Source: Clostridia bacterium (GTDB lineage: Bacteria > Bacillota > Clostridia > TANB77 > CAG-508). Taken from it: a stretch of 64,000 bases of DNA. Shown piece after piece: positions 28,698 to 37,873 of this stretch. Within the stretch, counting starts at the first letter, position 1; each line of letters opens with the position of its first letter. Location: assembly GCA_022792395.1 (NCBI GenBank), contig JAAWAX010000014.1, forward strand, positions 81 to 64,080. Direction: 5' to 3'. A model generated the notes under the pieces. The model saw only the letters and a program-made list of their open reading frames with translations, was not told the DNA's origin and made no database searches. Position numbers and translations under genes: made by a program.

Positions 28698-29756
28698 TTA
28701 AAACAAGTTGTCTAATTTTTCACTTGCTTTTTTATCTTCTTCAGATACGGCATGTAAATAATATGCAGAAGCGGTAGCTGGAAGATGACCTAGCCTTTTG
28801 GCTATAGTTACAATATCCACTCCTTTGGAAGCTAGAATGCTTCCATTTGTATGTCTTAAATCATGTAAAGTAATATATTTTAGATTATTTCTCTTTATAA
28901 ATTCTTGCCACATTCTTGTATAAGTTGCTGGATAATAGTTAAAAATTAAATCTTCTTTTTTTTGATTATTGTATATTTCTTTTATTTTTGTCATTAAAAC
29001 TTGAGGTGCAACAAAACTTCGAGAGCGTTTGTTTTTAGTTTCTTTTATTTTTGTTCCATCAACTTTTCGAATTTTGTTTTGAACTATGTGTATAATATTA
29101 TTTTCAAAATCTATATCTTTCCATCTTAATGCTAGTACTTCGCCACGCCTAGCACCAGTATAAAAAGAGATATATACCATTGTTTTAAATGGTTCTGGTT
29201 CATTTTGTAAAATTTCAAATAATTGTTTAATTTCTTCATTGTTATAAATTTCTTGTTCTTTTTTAGGCTTGTTATAGTTTTTTGGTATAGTAACATTTTT
29301 TGCTACATTTTCTTTTAAATAATTCCATTCAACAGCCTTCTCTAAAATTGATGAGATTAAGTTTATATAGTTTTTTATAGTTTTAGAGGATAAGTTATAG
29401 TCTTCGTATAATTTATTGGCTAAATCTTGAATATGAAGTTTTTTGAGACTACTTAATTTATGCTTCCCAATTTCATCTAATATATATTTGTTTAGTTGGC
29501 ATTTGTAATTAATAACAGTAGTATCTGATAAATTATTTTTTGCATATTTATCTAAAAACAATTGAGACATTTCAGTAAAAGTAATACTGCTTTGGTTGTT
29601 GTAATTTCCTTTTTCTACTTCTGCAACAAACAAAGCTAATTTTCTATCTGCTTCTGTTGTAGAAGTTGCAGAAACATATTGACTATATCTTTCGTTTTCA
29701 TACATGTATTCTAAACGCCAACGATTTTTTCCAGTTTTTCGTTTAGTTCCTGCCAT
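28698..29756 (-). CDS. Tyrosine integrase
   Basis: C-terminal catalytic region ..ARRGEVLALRW..HDLRHTNGSILASKG..GHLPATASAYYLH. N-terminal SAM-like domain. Confidence 0.9.
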   Translation of the reverse strand: MAGTKRKTGKNRWRLEYMYENERYSQYVSATSTTEADRKLALFVAEVEKGNYNNQSSITFTEMSQLFLDKYAKNNLSDTTVINYKCQLNKYILDEIGKHKLSSLKKLHIQDLANKLYEDYNLSSKTIKNYINLISSILEKAVEWNYLKENVAKNVTIPKNYNKPKKEQEIYNNEEIKQLFEILQNEPEPFKTMVYISFYTGARRGEVLALRWKDIDFENNIIHIVQNKIRKVDGTKIKETKNKRSRSFVAPQVLMTKIKEIYNNQKKEDLIFNYYPATYTRMWQEFIKRNNLKYITLHDLRHTNGSILASKGVDIVTIAKRLGHLPATASAYYLHAVSEEDKKASEKLDNLF

Positions 29757-29757
29757 A

Positions 29758-30018
29758 TTATCCCTCCTTGTAATTAGAAATATTGTTTATAGTTTTTAAT
29801 AATTGTTTAAGTTCGTTATTTTCCTTTATTACTCTGTCATACTCTTCTCTGGATACACAATTATCTTTGTAAACTTTAATTTTATAATATCCTTTTTTTG
29901 TCATTTCACAAGGGATACGACCAATCCTGCATAATCGCTTAATTTCTTCTATACCAATTTTATTACCTGTTGCTTCTGAATACTGCTTTGGAGACATGTA
30001 AACATGATTTACTTCCAT
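29758..30018 (-). CDS. Excisionase-like small DNA-binding protein
   Basis: 86 aa, immediately upstream of and translationally coupled to the integrase gene. Confidence 0.5.
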   Translation of the reverse strand: MEVNHVYMSPKQYSEATGNKIGIEEIKRLCRIGRIPCEMTKKGYYKIKVYKDNCVSREEYDRVIKENNELKQLLKTINNISNYKEG

Positions 30019-30030
30019 TAGTAAAACCTC

Positions 30031-31020
30031 CTATTTGTTTATTTCCATTTTTCCTACATACTTACCTAATATTTTAATAGAAGCTTTATCATATGCTTTT
30101 GTTTCAAAACTTTTATCTTCTGATTCTGGCATTAATATAATTAGGTCGTTCTGTTTTGTGACTTTTCTTAATATAGCGTTAGAATCATCTGTTATTATAA
30201 CAGCTATTTCTCCATTTTCTATACTATCTTGCTTATGGATTAGAGCAAAAGAACCATTCTTTACTACTTCATTCATACCTTCTTCATTTACATGCAAAAA
30301 GAAATGTTCTTCTGGATTTACTATATCCATTAAGTTTGTGTTAATTGGTATTCTTCCTTCTATATTTTCTTCTGCCCAGTTAGGTTGTCCTGCTGAAATT
30401 TGACCATAGACAGGACACATGTAAAATTTATCTAAATCATTTTCTTCTATGTATTGAGCAAGAACATTACCTGCTTTAACAGATTCTTCAAAATGTAATT
30501 TTAATTGTTCATAATTTTTTTCAGCAAAAATTTTTTGTTCTTCAAGAAGCATGTTTTTCATGACAGAAAGGAAGTGGCTAACAACATTAGGAGAATAATT
30601 ATTGGAAATGTATGTCATTTTAGCAATTATTGGTTCTGCAAGTTCTTCTGAAGAGTTTGCTTTGTATACGTTTAAAGCAATAGGATTTAAAGAAAGAAGT
30701 TCTTCGACATCTTTGATGTTAATACCTAAATCAACTAATGTTTGCTTGTAGTGATTATTTATATTATCTATAATATTTTTCTTTTCTCTTTCTATATTCT
30801 TAAATTCGCTTTTTCCCATTAAATAATCCATACTACAATCAAATAATTCACACATTTTCTTTTTTATATCATCGCTAGGAGAATTTGCACCACTTTCATA
30901 ATTAGCAATACTTGATTTAGCATTTAGACCTAATATTTCTGCCAATTGTTCTTGGGTAAGCCCCTTTCCTTTTCTTAAATTTTTTATACGTTCAGCAATT
31001 ATAGGTTTATTTTCATTCAT
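30031..31020 (-). CDS. CI/LexA-like repressor (XRE HTH + S24-like C-terminal domain without the nucleophile Ser)
   Basis: The true start is ATG 31020 (SD ggagtgg); the 84 codons upstream in the ORF track are promoter DNA. HTH GLTQEQLAEILGLNAKSSIANYESG. The C-terminus has ISAGQP..VNEEGMNEVV..ILRKV where LexA has VSGMSM..VKRL. Confidence 0.75.
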   Translation of the reverse strand: MNENKPIIAERIKNLRKGKGLTQEQLAEILGLNAKSSIANYESGANSPSDDIKKKMCELFDCSMDYLMGKSEFKNIEREKKNIIDNINNHYKQTLVDLGINIKDVEELLSLNPIALNVYKANSSEELAEPIIAKMTYISNNYSPNVVSHFLSVMKNMLLEEQKIFAEKNYEQLKLHFEESVKAGNVLAQYIEENDLDKFYMCPVYGQISAGQPNWAEENIEGRIPINTNLMDIVNPEEHFFLHVNEEGMNEVVKNGSFALIHKQDSIENGEIAVIITDDSNAILRKVTKQNDLIILMPESEDKSFETKAYDKASIKILGKYVGKMEINK

Positions 31021-31141
31021 AAAAAACCACTCCTTATAACATATTTTAACATATTGTTCAGAAAAAGTAAACAAAAATAAAAAATATTTCTTACAATCAT
31101 AAAGGATGCAACAGATAAAATGAACTTTTTTAAAAAAATAC

Positions 31142-31169
31142 TTGACAAGTTCAGAAAGTCTGATATAAT
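31142..31169 (+). promoter_or_regulatory. Rightward early promoter
   Basis: TTGACA (31142-47), 16-nt spacer, TATAAT (31164-69). A gttcagaaa motif is repeated at about 31046, 31149 and 31418, and tgaactt/aagttca is an inverted repeat around the -35. Confidence 0.6.
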
Positions 31170-31202
31170 AAGTACAGTAAAACAAAACAAAGGAGGTGCA
31201 AG

Positions 31203-31433
31203 ATGGGAAAATATAAAAAATATGTTTATACGGATGAATTAAAAAAAGAGAGAAAGAAAAAAGGACTTTCAATCATAGATATGGCTAGATTGCTGGGTTT
31301 TAAAAGTAAAGTTACATATTATAATATTGAAAATGGAATTTCGGAACCTAAAATTTCTAATATTAATGATATATCTATAATTTTAGGAAAATCAGCTAAA
31401 AATTTTTTTAATTTCAAAGTTCAGAAAAACTGA
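31203..31433 (+). CDS. Cro-like XRE HTH protein
   Basis: SD aggagg. HTH GLSIIDMARLLGFKSKVTYYNIENG. Confidence 0.7.
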   Translation: MGKYKKYVYTDELKKERKKKGLSIIDMARLLGFKSKVTYYNIENGISEPKISNINDISIILGKSAKNFFNFKVQKN

Positions 31434-31454
31434 TAAGGAGGGAGGTGAAAGTAA

Positions 31455-31601
31455 ATGAATAGTTTGACAGATTTTAATATAGAAAAGACAACAGCAGAAA
31501 TTTTAATTTTAAAAAAAGAAATCCAAAAAAATATTAAAGAACTAAATAAGCGTGGAATTGCTATAGGAGACATTTTAAGTGAAAAGGAGGAACATAAATG
31601 A
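31455..31601 (+). CDS. 48-aa early protein
   Basis: SD ggaggtg. ATGA overlap with the next gene. Confidence 0.45.
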   Translation: MNSLTDFNIEKTTAEILILKKEIQKNIKELNKRGIAIGDILSEKEEHK

Positions 31602-32536
31602 GTGATTTAATAGATATAGAAATGATAAATTCTAGTGATTTTAATTATGACAAATTAGATAAAGGAATATCTAATCAATTGCAAAAAATAGCAAGTAATA
31701 TTTCAGCAATTAATAGTAATATAAAATATCTTGTTGGAGAAGAACTCGCTAAAGCACAAGAATTATTAGCAAAAAATGGATATGGTTGTTTTGGAGAATG
31801 GATAGAAAGTTATGGATTGAAAAGACAAACAGCATATAACTGCATTAATTACTATAAAGTGTTTATCCAAAATTTGGATAAACAAAAAGAATTAAAAGAA
31901 TTATCGGCTAGCAAGATTTATCAAATAGGAAAATTAGATTCAGAACAACAAGGAGAGGTTTTAAGCAGTGTAAATCTAAAAGATATGGATATTCAAGAAG
32001 TAAAAAACTTAACAAAACAAATAAAAGCAGAAAAAGAATATTCTAACGAACTTCAAGAAGCAATAAAAGAAAAAGATGAACAAATAAAGAAATTAAAAAG
32101 TGAAGTGAATGATATTCAAAAGCCAGAAAAAGAAATAATTGAAAAGGAAGTTATAAAAGAAGTAGTGCCAGATAGTATAAAAAGCCAAGTAGAGCAATTA
32201 GAAAAAGAAAGGTCAGAATTATTTGAAAAATATGAAGAAGCAAAAAGTACAATAGTCAGTATGAATAACATGAAAAATAACGAAATAGGGCAAAAATATT
32301 ACGATTATGGATTTGATGAATTGTCAACAGAAATAGCGAATTTCTTAAGAAACACATCAAAATATACATACATGGAACAAGAATATTCAGAATTATCTGT
32401 AAGTAAAAAAACGCTATTAAAAAATGCCATAAAAAAGATTGAAACATGGCTGTTAGACATGAAAAAAGTAATGAACGAAAATTTAATGATAGGAAACAAT
32501 ATTTATTTGGAGGAGGAAAATGAAGATGGACAATAA
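31598..32536 (+). CDS. Early protein (possibly DUF3102-like), coiled-coil C-terminus
   Basis: 312 aa with SD aaggagg. The N-terminal ..LVGEELAKAQELLAKNGYGCFGEWIESYGLKRQTAYNCINYYKV resembles DUF3102. Confidence 0.4.
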   Translation: MSDLIDIEMINSSDFNYDKLDKGISNQLQKIASNISAINSNIKYLVGEELAKAQELLAKNGYGCFGEWIESYGLKRQTAYNCINYYKVFIQNLDKQKELKELSASKIYQIGKLDSEQQGEVLSSVNLKDMDIQEVKNLTKQIKAEKEYSNELQEAIKEKDEQIKKLKSEVNDIQKPEKEIIEKEVIKEVVPDSIKSQVEQLEKERSELFEKYEEAKSTIVSMNNMKNNEIGQKYYDYGFDELSTEIANFLRNTSKYTYMEQEYSELSVSKKTLLKNAIKKIETWLLDMKKVMNENLMIGNNIYLEEENEDGQ

Positions 32537-32921
32537 TTTAGAAGTAACAATGCAAGAGTTAGCTAAAAGCTTAACTGTAATGAATTATGATTATGCAGAT
32601 TTTAAAAAAGATACAGTACAGAAATTAAACGAACATGACAAAATCTTACAAAAGAGAGTTTATATAACATCTGGAAAAGCGAGAACATTACAAGAGAAAG
32701 TAAAGGAAAAAGTAAAAATGATTTGTAGCGAAAACAATTTAGAATATAAAAAGAATAAGTCAAAAGTATTTCCAAGAGTATGGGCAAAAATAAAAGCCAA
32801 ATATGATGTGGCAAATTATAGAGAATTACCAGAAATGTTTTGGCAAGAAATTTTAGAATATTTAAGAGATATGAGTATTAATGTACAAGACATAGTTAAG
32901 GAGGAAATATGCAACAATTAA
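32520..32921 (+). CDS. Early protein (ORF6C-like C-terminal domain?)
   Basis: 133 aa, overlapping both neighbouring genes. Confidence 0.35.
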   Translation: MKMDNNLEVTMQELAKSLTVMNYDYADFKKDTVQKLNEHDKILQKRVYITSGKARTLQEKVKEKVKMICSENNLEYKKNKSKVFPRVWAKIKAKYDVANYRELPEMFWQEILEYLRDMSINVQDIVKEEICNN

Positions 32922-33568
32922 AACTTATAAAAGGTGGCAAGAAAACAATTAATTATGCAGATATATATTTAAGATTGTTTGATGATACATTGAATCTATA
33001 TGCTGTAGATATAGAAAATAAGGAAAATTTAAAGAGATTAGCTTATTATGGAGTAAAGGCAATAAATGAAATATCAAAGACAAAAGAAGATATGGAATAT
33101 GAGCAAATATTAAAATTATTTGAATTTTCAGAAGTAGTGAAAACAGTTATATCTTTGTTAACTCCTAATGAATTAATTACAGTTTTCCCCATTGAAAAAA
33201 GATACGATGGCGAGAAATATCAAATTAAAGATTATTTCTTTACTATGGAGGAGTTACAGAAAATAGGAATGAACAAGATTATTGCCAACAAAATAGAAAA
33301 CTTATTGTGGGACTATGAAAATATAGAGATTAGAGAATTTTTAGCAAATAGCCTGACTATATTAAGCGATATAAATAAAATGGAAACAGGCGAAAGTATT
33401 ATGGAAAGATGGGCTAAAGAAAACAATATTAATACTTATAGACTTTATAAAGATAAAACAACAAATAAGAAATATTTGTATGACCAAAAAGGAAATCAAT
33501 TCATTGTTAAAGATAAAATTCCTAAATATCTAAAAGTAATTGATGGAGGTCAAAAATGCAATATCTAA
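32909..33568 (+). CDS. Hypothetical early protein
   Basis: 219 aa with SD aaggagg. Confidence 0.45.
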   Translation: MQQLKLIKGGKKTINYADIYLRLFDDTLNLYAVDIENKENLKRLAYYGVKAINEISKTKEDMEYEQILKLFEFSEVVKTVISLLTPNELITVFPIEKRYDGEKYQIKDYFFTMEELQKIGMNKIIANKIENLLWDYENIEIREFLANSLTILSDINKMETGESIMERWAKENNINTYRLYKDKTTNKKYLYDQKGNQFIVKDKIPKYLKVIDGGQKCNI

Positions 33569-33837
33569 CAACAAAACAAGTTATGGAACACTTCAATGTA
33601 AAAGATAGCAGAACAATAACAAAATTTAGAAGACAAGGACTAAAGTATATTGAAATAGGTACAAAAGATTATAGATATGACCCAAAAGACATTGAAGAGT
33701 TTGAAGAACATCTAAAAGAATTAGCACAAGAAAAAGTAATGCAAGGAAATCCAATAGTCAGAAAGAGAAAAAGTAAAACAGTAAATATAGACTATGAAAA
33801 ATTAAGAGCAAACAGAATGTTAAATAGAGTAGTTTGA
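33556..33837 (+). CDS. Small MerR/excisionase-type HTH protein
   Basis: MQYLTTKQVMEHFNVKDSRTITKFRRQG.. Confidence 0.5.
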   Translation: MQYLTTKQVMEHFNVKDSRTITKFRRQGLKYIEIGTKDYRYDPKDIEEFEEHLKELAQEKVMQGNPIVRKRKSKTVNIDYEKLRANRMLNRVV

Positions 33838-33851
33838 AAGGAGTAAAACAA

Positions 33852-33975
33852 ATGAAAAGAAACAAGAAAAAGCTAAAGAAAATAATACTAAATGTAATGT
33901 TATGCACAATTTGTTGGCGGAATGTGGACAAGCATGATGATTTACGGATTTATGACAGCTACTACGTTGAATTAA
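33852..33975 (+). CDS. 40-aa hydrophobic peptide; needs a +1 shift at the in-frame CGG at 33918
   Basis: SD ggag 9 nt before ATG 33852. Reading 33852-33917 then 33919-33975 gives MKRNKKKLKKIILNVMLCTICW-G-MWTSMMIYGFMTATTLN. The stop then falls 11 nt before the next SD-ATG. Confidence 0.45.
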
Positions 33976-33986
33976 AGGAGGGAAAG

Positions 33987-34133
33987 ATGGAAGAGTTTAT
34001 AAAGAATAATTTCTGGTACATTGTAGGATTTTTTACTATTCCAACTATTAAATTATTTATCAAAATAATCAGTTGCACCATCAAAAGCACCAAGCATAAA
34101 AAGATAACAAAAAAAGTCAAAAATAATAAGTAA
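33987..34133 (+). CDS. 48-aa single-TM peptide with a basic tail
   Basis: Strong SD aaggaggg before ATG 33987. Product MEEFIKNNFWYIVGFFTIPTIKLFIKIISC..KHKKITKKVKNNK. Confidence 0.45.
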   Translation: MEEFIKNNFWYIVGFFTIPTIKLFIKIISCTIKSTKHKKITKKVKNNK

Positions 34134-34409
34134 TATAAACAAGAATGGAAACTTATATTGCAAATTGTTAGCTAATATAACTAATAAAGTGACAGTTGAA
34201 ATAGATGATACTTTAAAAGAAATATTAAATTGCTTTTTTAATAATTCTTTAGGATACAATTCTTTGGAAGAATTGTTAGAAGGTTTTTTAGAATTATTTT
34301 TATTAAGAATTTTAAAATAGTCTTTAAAACTTTTAGTGATTTTACAAAACAAAATCCAAGCAATATTTCCTAATATAACTTGTACCAACCAATTATTTAA
34401 TAATTCCAT
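34053..34409 (-). CDS. 118-aa membrane protein on the opposite strand, 3' end overlapping 33987-34133
   Basis: ATG 34409 with SD gtgagg. It has at least two TM segments. The convergent overlap is 81 nt. Confidence 0.45.
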   Translation of the reverse strand: MELLNNWLVQVILGNIAWILFCKITKSFKDYFKILNKNNSKKPSNNSSKELYPKELLKKQFNISFKVSSISTVTLLVILANNLQYKFPFLFILLIIFDFFCYLFMLGAFDGATDYFDK

Positions 34410-34474
34410 AACAACCTCACTTTCGAGGAAATTATACAACAAATTACAATATTTTACAAGGAAAGGAGAAAAAA

Positions 34475-34651
34475 ATGGAAGTTAAAGATTATTTAAAAGA
34501 TGAATTAAAAAGACTTAACAGAATAAATGATTTATTAGAAAAACAAATAAATCAAGGAAGTATAAAAGATAATGAGTCTGAACAAATAGTATGTAATGTA
34601 AAAGCTATGTGTGAGATAGCTAATATGATTTATATATATATATGTTATTAA
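34475..34651 (+). CDS. 58-aa early protein
   Basis: SD aaaggag. Confidence 0.4.
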   Translation: MEVKDYLKDELKRLNRINDLLEKQINQGSIKDNESEQIVCNVKAMCEIANMIYIYICY

Positions 34652-34678
34652 ACAAAAACAGAAAAGGAGTGAAAAAAC

Positions 34679-34987
34679 ATGTTAAAGCTTTTTGACAACA
34701 TAGGATTAATAATAAGAAATAACAATTTGAAAAAAGAACTTAAAAAAGCAAAAGAAGAAAATGCATTAAACAGAGAAGACACAAGTAATTTAGAAATACA
34801 AAAATTACATGCTAAATCATTAGCAAACTACACAATATCAAAACTAATTGATTTAGAGGAAATAGATAGAAGCGGAAATTCAGAAGAATCAAAAAGAAAA
34901 CAAAGAAATGTAATATTTAATGAATTAAGAAAAAAGAACATAAATATTATAAACGAGTTATCTAACAAGCTTGGAAATGATAGATAA
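34679..34987 (+). CDS. Coiled-coil early protein, paralogue of 11624-11923
   Basis: Its 3' half is near-identical to the ssrA-element copy. Confidence 0.6.
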   Translation: MLKLFDNIGLIIRNNNLKKELKKAKEENALNREDTSNLEIQKLHAKSLANYTISKLIDLEEIDRSGNSEESKRKQRNVIFNELRKKNINIINELSNKLGNDR

Positions 34988-35214
34988 CTCGACAATAAGA
35001 ATATATATAAATTCATATTTATTCAAGTATAACATAGACATAAAAAAATAGCAAATGTACATTGAAAATTGAATAGTTTATCAGATGAAACGCAGTAATA
35101 ACAATGGTTTTAAAACTCACAAAAAATATTTAAAAAAGTTTTGAAAAAAGTATTGACAGTCGTATGGTGATATGATATTATAATGACAGTCGGAAGAGGA
35201 AGGAGGAAAAACTG

Positions 35215-35337
35215 ATGATGAAGTTCATAAAAAAAGTGCTTGCCAGCCACCACGCAAAACAAGCACAACAACGTAGATTGAAAAGTAATCATGAACAATT
35301 ACAACTTATCTACAAAGGTTTAGAGATGAGGGGATAG
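35215..35337 (+). CDS. Possible 40-aa basic peptide
   Basis: A TTGACA-17-TATTAT promoter lies at 35153-35181. SD aaggagg. A gagggg/cccctc hairpin follows the stop. Confidence 0.3.
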   Translation: MMKFIKKVLASHHAKQAQQRRLKSNHEQLQLIYKGLEMRG

Positions 35338-35411
35338 CCCCTCTCCCTCTTTAACTATTATTATACAGTATAAAAAAAAGACTGTCAAGTTAGAGAGGAG
35401 GCTTGTAAGAT

Positions 35412-35588
35412 ATGGAGGAAAGAAATTTGAAAGTAAATTTTTATAAATGTGGAAGTGGTTCAATATCATCAAAAACCAATATACCTATAAGTTTTTTTAG
35501 AAAAATAGGAGTTACACCAGAAGAAAGAAACATTAAAGTTAAGGTTAATGAAGAAACAAAACAAATAATAATTGAAAAAGATAATTAA
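35412..35588 (+). CDS. AbrB/MazE-type (SpoVT-AbrB fold) small DNA-binding protein
   Basis: SD agaggagg. ..SSKTNIPISFFRKIGVTPEERNIKVKVNEETKQIIIEK. Confidence 0.5.
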   Translation: MEERNLKVNFYKCGSGSISSKTNIPISFFRKIGVTPEERNIKVKVNEETKQIIIEKDN

Positions 35589-35600
35589 ACAATAAAAACA

Positions 35601-35646
35601 CTACTTAATACTGCGTTTGACTGGTAATCTATTCAGTATTAAGTAG
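35601..35646. other. Long perfect hairpin in the early intergenic region
   Basis: 13-bp arms ctacttaatactg / cagtattaagtag with a 20-nt loop. A tcgtata/tatacga + T5 terminator follows at about 35679-35702. Confidence 0.5.
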
Positions 35647-35751
35647 CCACAAACGAGCTATTAGACATAGTCTATTAGTCGTATATTAATTATACGATTT
35701 TTAGAACCTCGTGTCAATAGCCATTGTGGTTAATGATAGGAGGATTTTTAT

Positions 35752-36105
35752 ATGAGTGAAGAAGAAATGTTAAATAAAATAAAAGAATTAGAAGAAAGAA
35801 ACAAATTTTTAGAAAGTGTAATAAACAGAGGGAGTTCTGGGAATACAAGTGCTTACAATACAATCAGATTAATGATAATTGAAAAAGTAAAGAAAGAGGT
35901 TGAACAACCAGAAGGACTAGAACAATGGCAAAATAAGGATACGAGACAAAGAGCAGAAAGGCAAATAATGAGAGACTTAAAATGGGATTTGAGAGTACGA
36001 AATATTAGTGATTTTAGAGCTGAACATATAGAACCAGCAAAAGAATATATTAAAAATTATATATTGCCAGAAGAATTAAAAAAATCAAGATGGGTAGGTG
36101 TTTAA
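35752..36105 (+). CDS. Hypothetical early protein
   Basis: 117 aa with SD taggagg. Confidence 0.45.
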   Translation: MSEEEMLNKIKELEERNKFLESVINRGSSGNTSAYNTIRLMIIEKVKKEVEQPEGLEQWQNKDTRQRAERQIMRDLKWDLRVRNISDFRAEHIEPAKEYIKNYILPEELKKSRWVGV

Positions 36106-36322
36106 AATGGATTTACAAGAAAGATATGATGAACTAGATAACATAGTTAGTTCAATAGATATATTAGTAGATGACATATCAGATAAAAATTATATAGATA
36201 TGCTAAATGAGATTAAGTTTGAAGCACAAAACGAATTAGAAGAAGTACAAGAAAAATTGCAAGAGGAATATGAAAAGGAAGAAAGGCAAATGAATTATGA
36301 ATACGAAAGGAGCAAACTATAA
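36098..36322 (+). CDS. Acidic 74-aa early protein
   Basis: Overlaps the upstream gene. Confidence 0.4.
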   Translation: MFKMDLQERYDELDNIVSSIDILVDDISDKNYIDMLNEIKFEAQNELEEVQEKLQEEYEKEERQMNYEYERSKL

Positions 36323-36896
36323 ATGATTAAATTTGAAGATATACAAAAAGCAAATGAAACAATAAATACAACAAACATAAAGCGGAAAAGAATACGCAGA
36401 AGTAAATCAGAGAATAAAAGCATTTAGAATGGTATATCCAAAAGGGCAGATTTTAACAGAATTATTAAGCAATGAGAATGGAACTTGTATTTTTAAAGCA
36501 ATAGTAAATGACAATGAAGGAAACAATTTAGGAATGGGAACGGCTTATGAAAAGGAAGGGAGTTCTTTTATAAATAAAACAAGTTACATAGAAAATTGCG
36601 AGACATCGGCAGTAGGAAGAGCGTTAGGAATGGCTGGATTTGGAATAGATACATCAGTAGCAAGTGCGGAAGAAGTAGCAAATGCAATGCAACAACAAGA
36701 TAATGATAAGCTAATTGATAAAAAGATGATAGAAAGTTTAAACAAAGCAATTGAAAACGCAAATATTCAAGATAATGTAGTTGAATTAATATTAAGCCAA
36801 TATGGATATACAACTACTAATGAAATAAAAATTAAAGACTATATGAATATAGTAAATGATTTTAAAACCAGTAAGCAGGTGGTTAAATGCAATTAA
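36323..36896 (+). CDS. Conserved phage early protein; needs a +1 shift at the in-frame CGG at 36383
   Basis: SD aaggag before ATG 36323. Reading 36323-36382 then 36384-36896 gives MIKFEDIQKANETINTTNIK-G-KEYAEVNQRIKAFRMVYPKG...ENCETSAVGRALGMAGFG. The downstream ORF (36429) lacks an SD. Confidence 0.6.
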
Positions 36897-37420
36897 CAGG
36901 GATAATAACTAATTTCAATAAAGATTGGAAAACTGGAAAGGCAATAGTGACATTATTATTAGATACTACAAATATGGAGTGTATTGAAAAACTATCTAAA
37001 TTAGAAAAACTAACAATAGCAATAAAGAAATTTATTAAAAAGAGGTCTTTAGATGCAAATGCTTATTTCCATGTATTAGTAAATGAATTAGCTAGACACT
37101 ATAATATATCAGATACAGATATGAAAATAAAAATGAATTTAGACTATGGAACAATAGCAAGGTTTGAAGATGGAAGAATAAAAGGTTGTAAAGTACCAGA
37201 TGGTACAGACATGAAAGAAATATATAAATATTCAAAATGGTATAAGTCAGATGAAAATGGAGATGATTGCTATATATTCTACAAAGAAACACATACATTA
37301 GATTCTAAAGAAATGGCACAACTAATAAATGGTGTAATCCAAGAGTGTGAAAATGCAGAAATAGAAACAAAACCAAAAGCAGAAATAGAATCTCTTTTAA
37401 AGGAATGGGACAAGAAATGA
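36887..37420 (+). CDS. Conserved phage protein (possibly the putative-HNHc-nuclease family)
   Basis: 177 aa. The motif KKRSLDANAYFHVLVNELA is recalled from that family; the call is tentative. Confidence 0.3.
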   Translation: MQLTGIITNFNKDWKTGKAIVTLLLDTTNMECIEKLSKLEKLTIAIKKFIKKRSLDANAYFHVLVNELARHYNISDTDMKIKMNLDYGTIARFEDGRIKGCKVPDGTDMKEIYKYSKWYKSDENGDDCYIFYKETHTLDSKEMAQLINGVIQECENAEIETKPKAEIESLLKEWDKK

Positions 37421-37867
37421 ATTGCATGTATTTAACAAAAAGGACTAAAAACTATAAACCATATTTCTTCTGTAGACTAAACAAACAACAAATAATACTG
37501 GCTGAATGTAAAAACTGTTCAGAATTGAAATATAAAGAAAATAAACCGATAAAAGGTAAAAAACACAGACAAACAAAAGCTACAGGGATACAAAAAAAGA
37601 TAAAAGAAAAAGTATGGAAAAGGGACAAGCATAAATGTATTTATTGTAAAAAAGAAGTCCTAATGATTTGTGCAAATGCACATTTTATTAAGAGGTCACA
37701 ACGGTGGATTAGGCATAGAAGAGAATATAGTTACATTGTGTCCAAAATGCCATTATGAGGAAGATTTTGGACAAGACACTAAATTATATGAAAATTACAT
37801 AGAAAGCTACTTAAAAAGCATTTATGGAGCAAACTGGAACAAAGAAAAATTAATTTATAAAAAATAG
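37405..37867 (+). CDS. HNH endonuclease; needs a +1 shift at the in-frame CGG at 37702
   Basis: Reading 37405-37701 then 37703-37867 gives ..CIYCKKEVLMICANAHFIKRSQ-G-GLGIEENIVTLCPKCH.., a complete HNH motif that is otherwise split over two ORFs. Confidence 0.7.
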
Positions 37868-37873
37868 GAGGAA

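Noticed and set aside
31021-31272. N-terminal 84-codon extension of the repressor ORF in the six-frame track
   Set aside because: The extension is a Phe/Leu/Tyr/Cys-rich translation of the AT-rich divergent promoter region. A good SD and ATG at 31020 begin the HTH domain.
35215-35337. Arbitrium-like (AimP) signalling peptide, because the 40-aa ORF ends in ..GLEMRG
   Set aside because: The ORF has no hydrophobic signal sequence, no AimR-like TPR receptor gene is nearby, and the C-terminus does not match the xxxxGG/GA pattern well.
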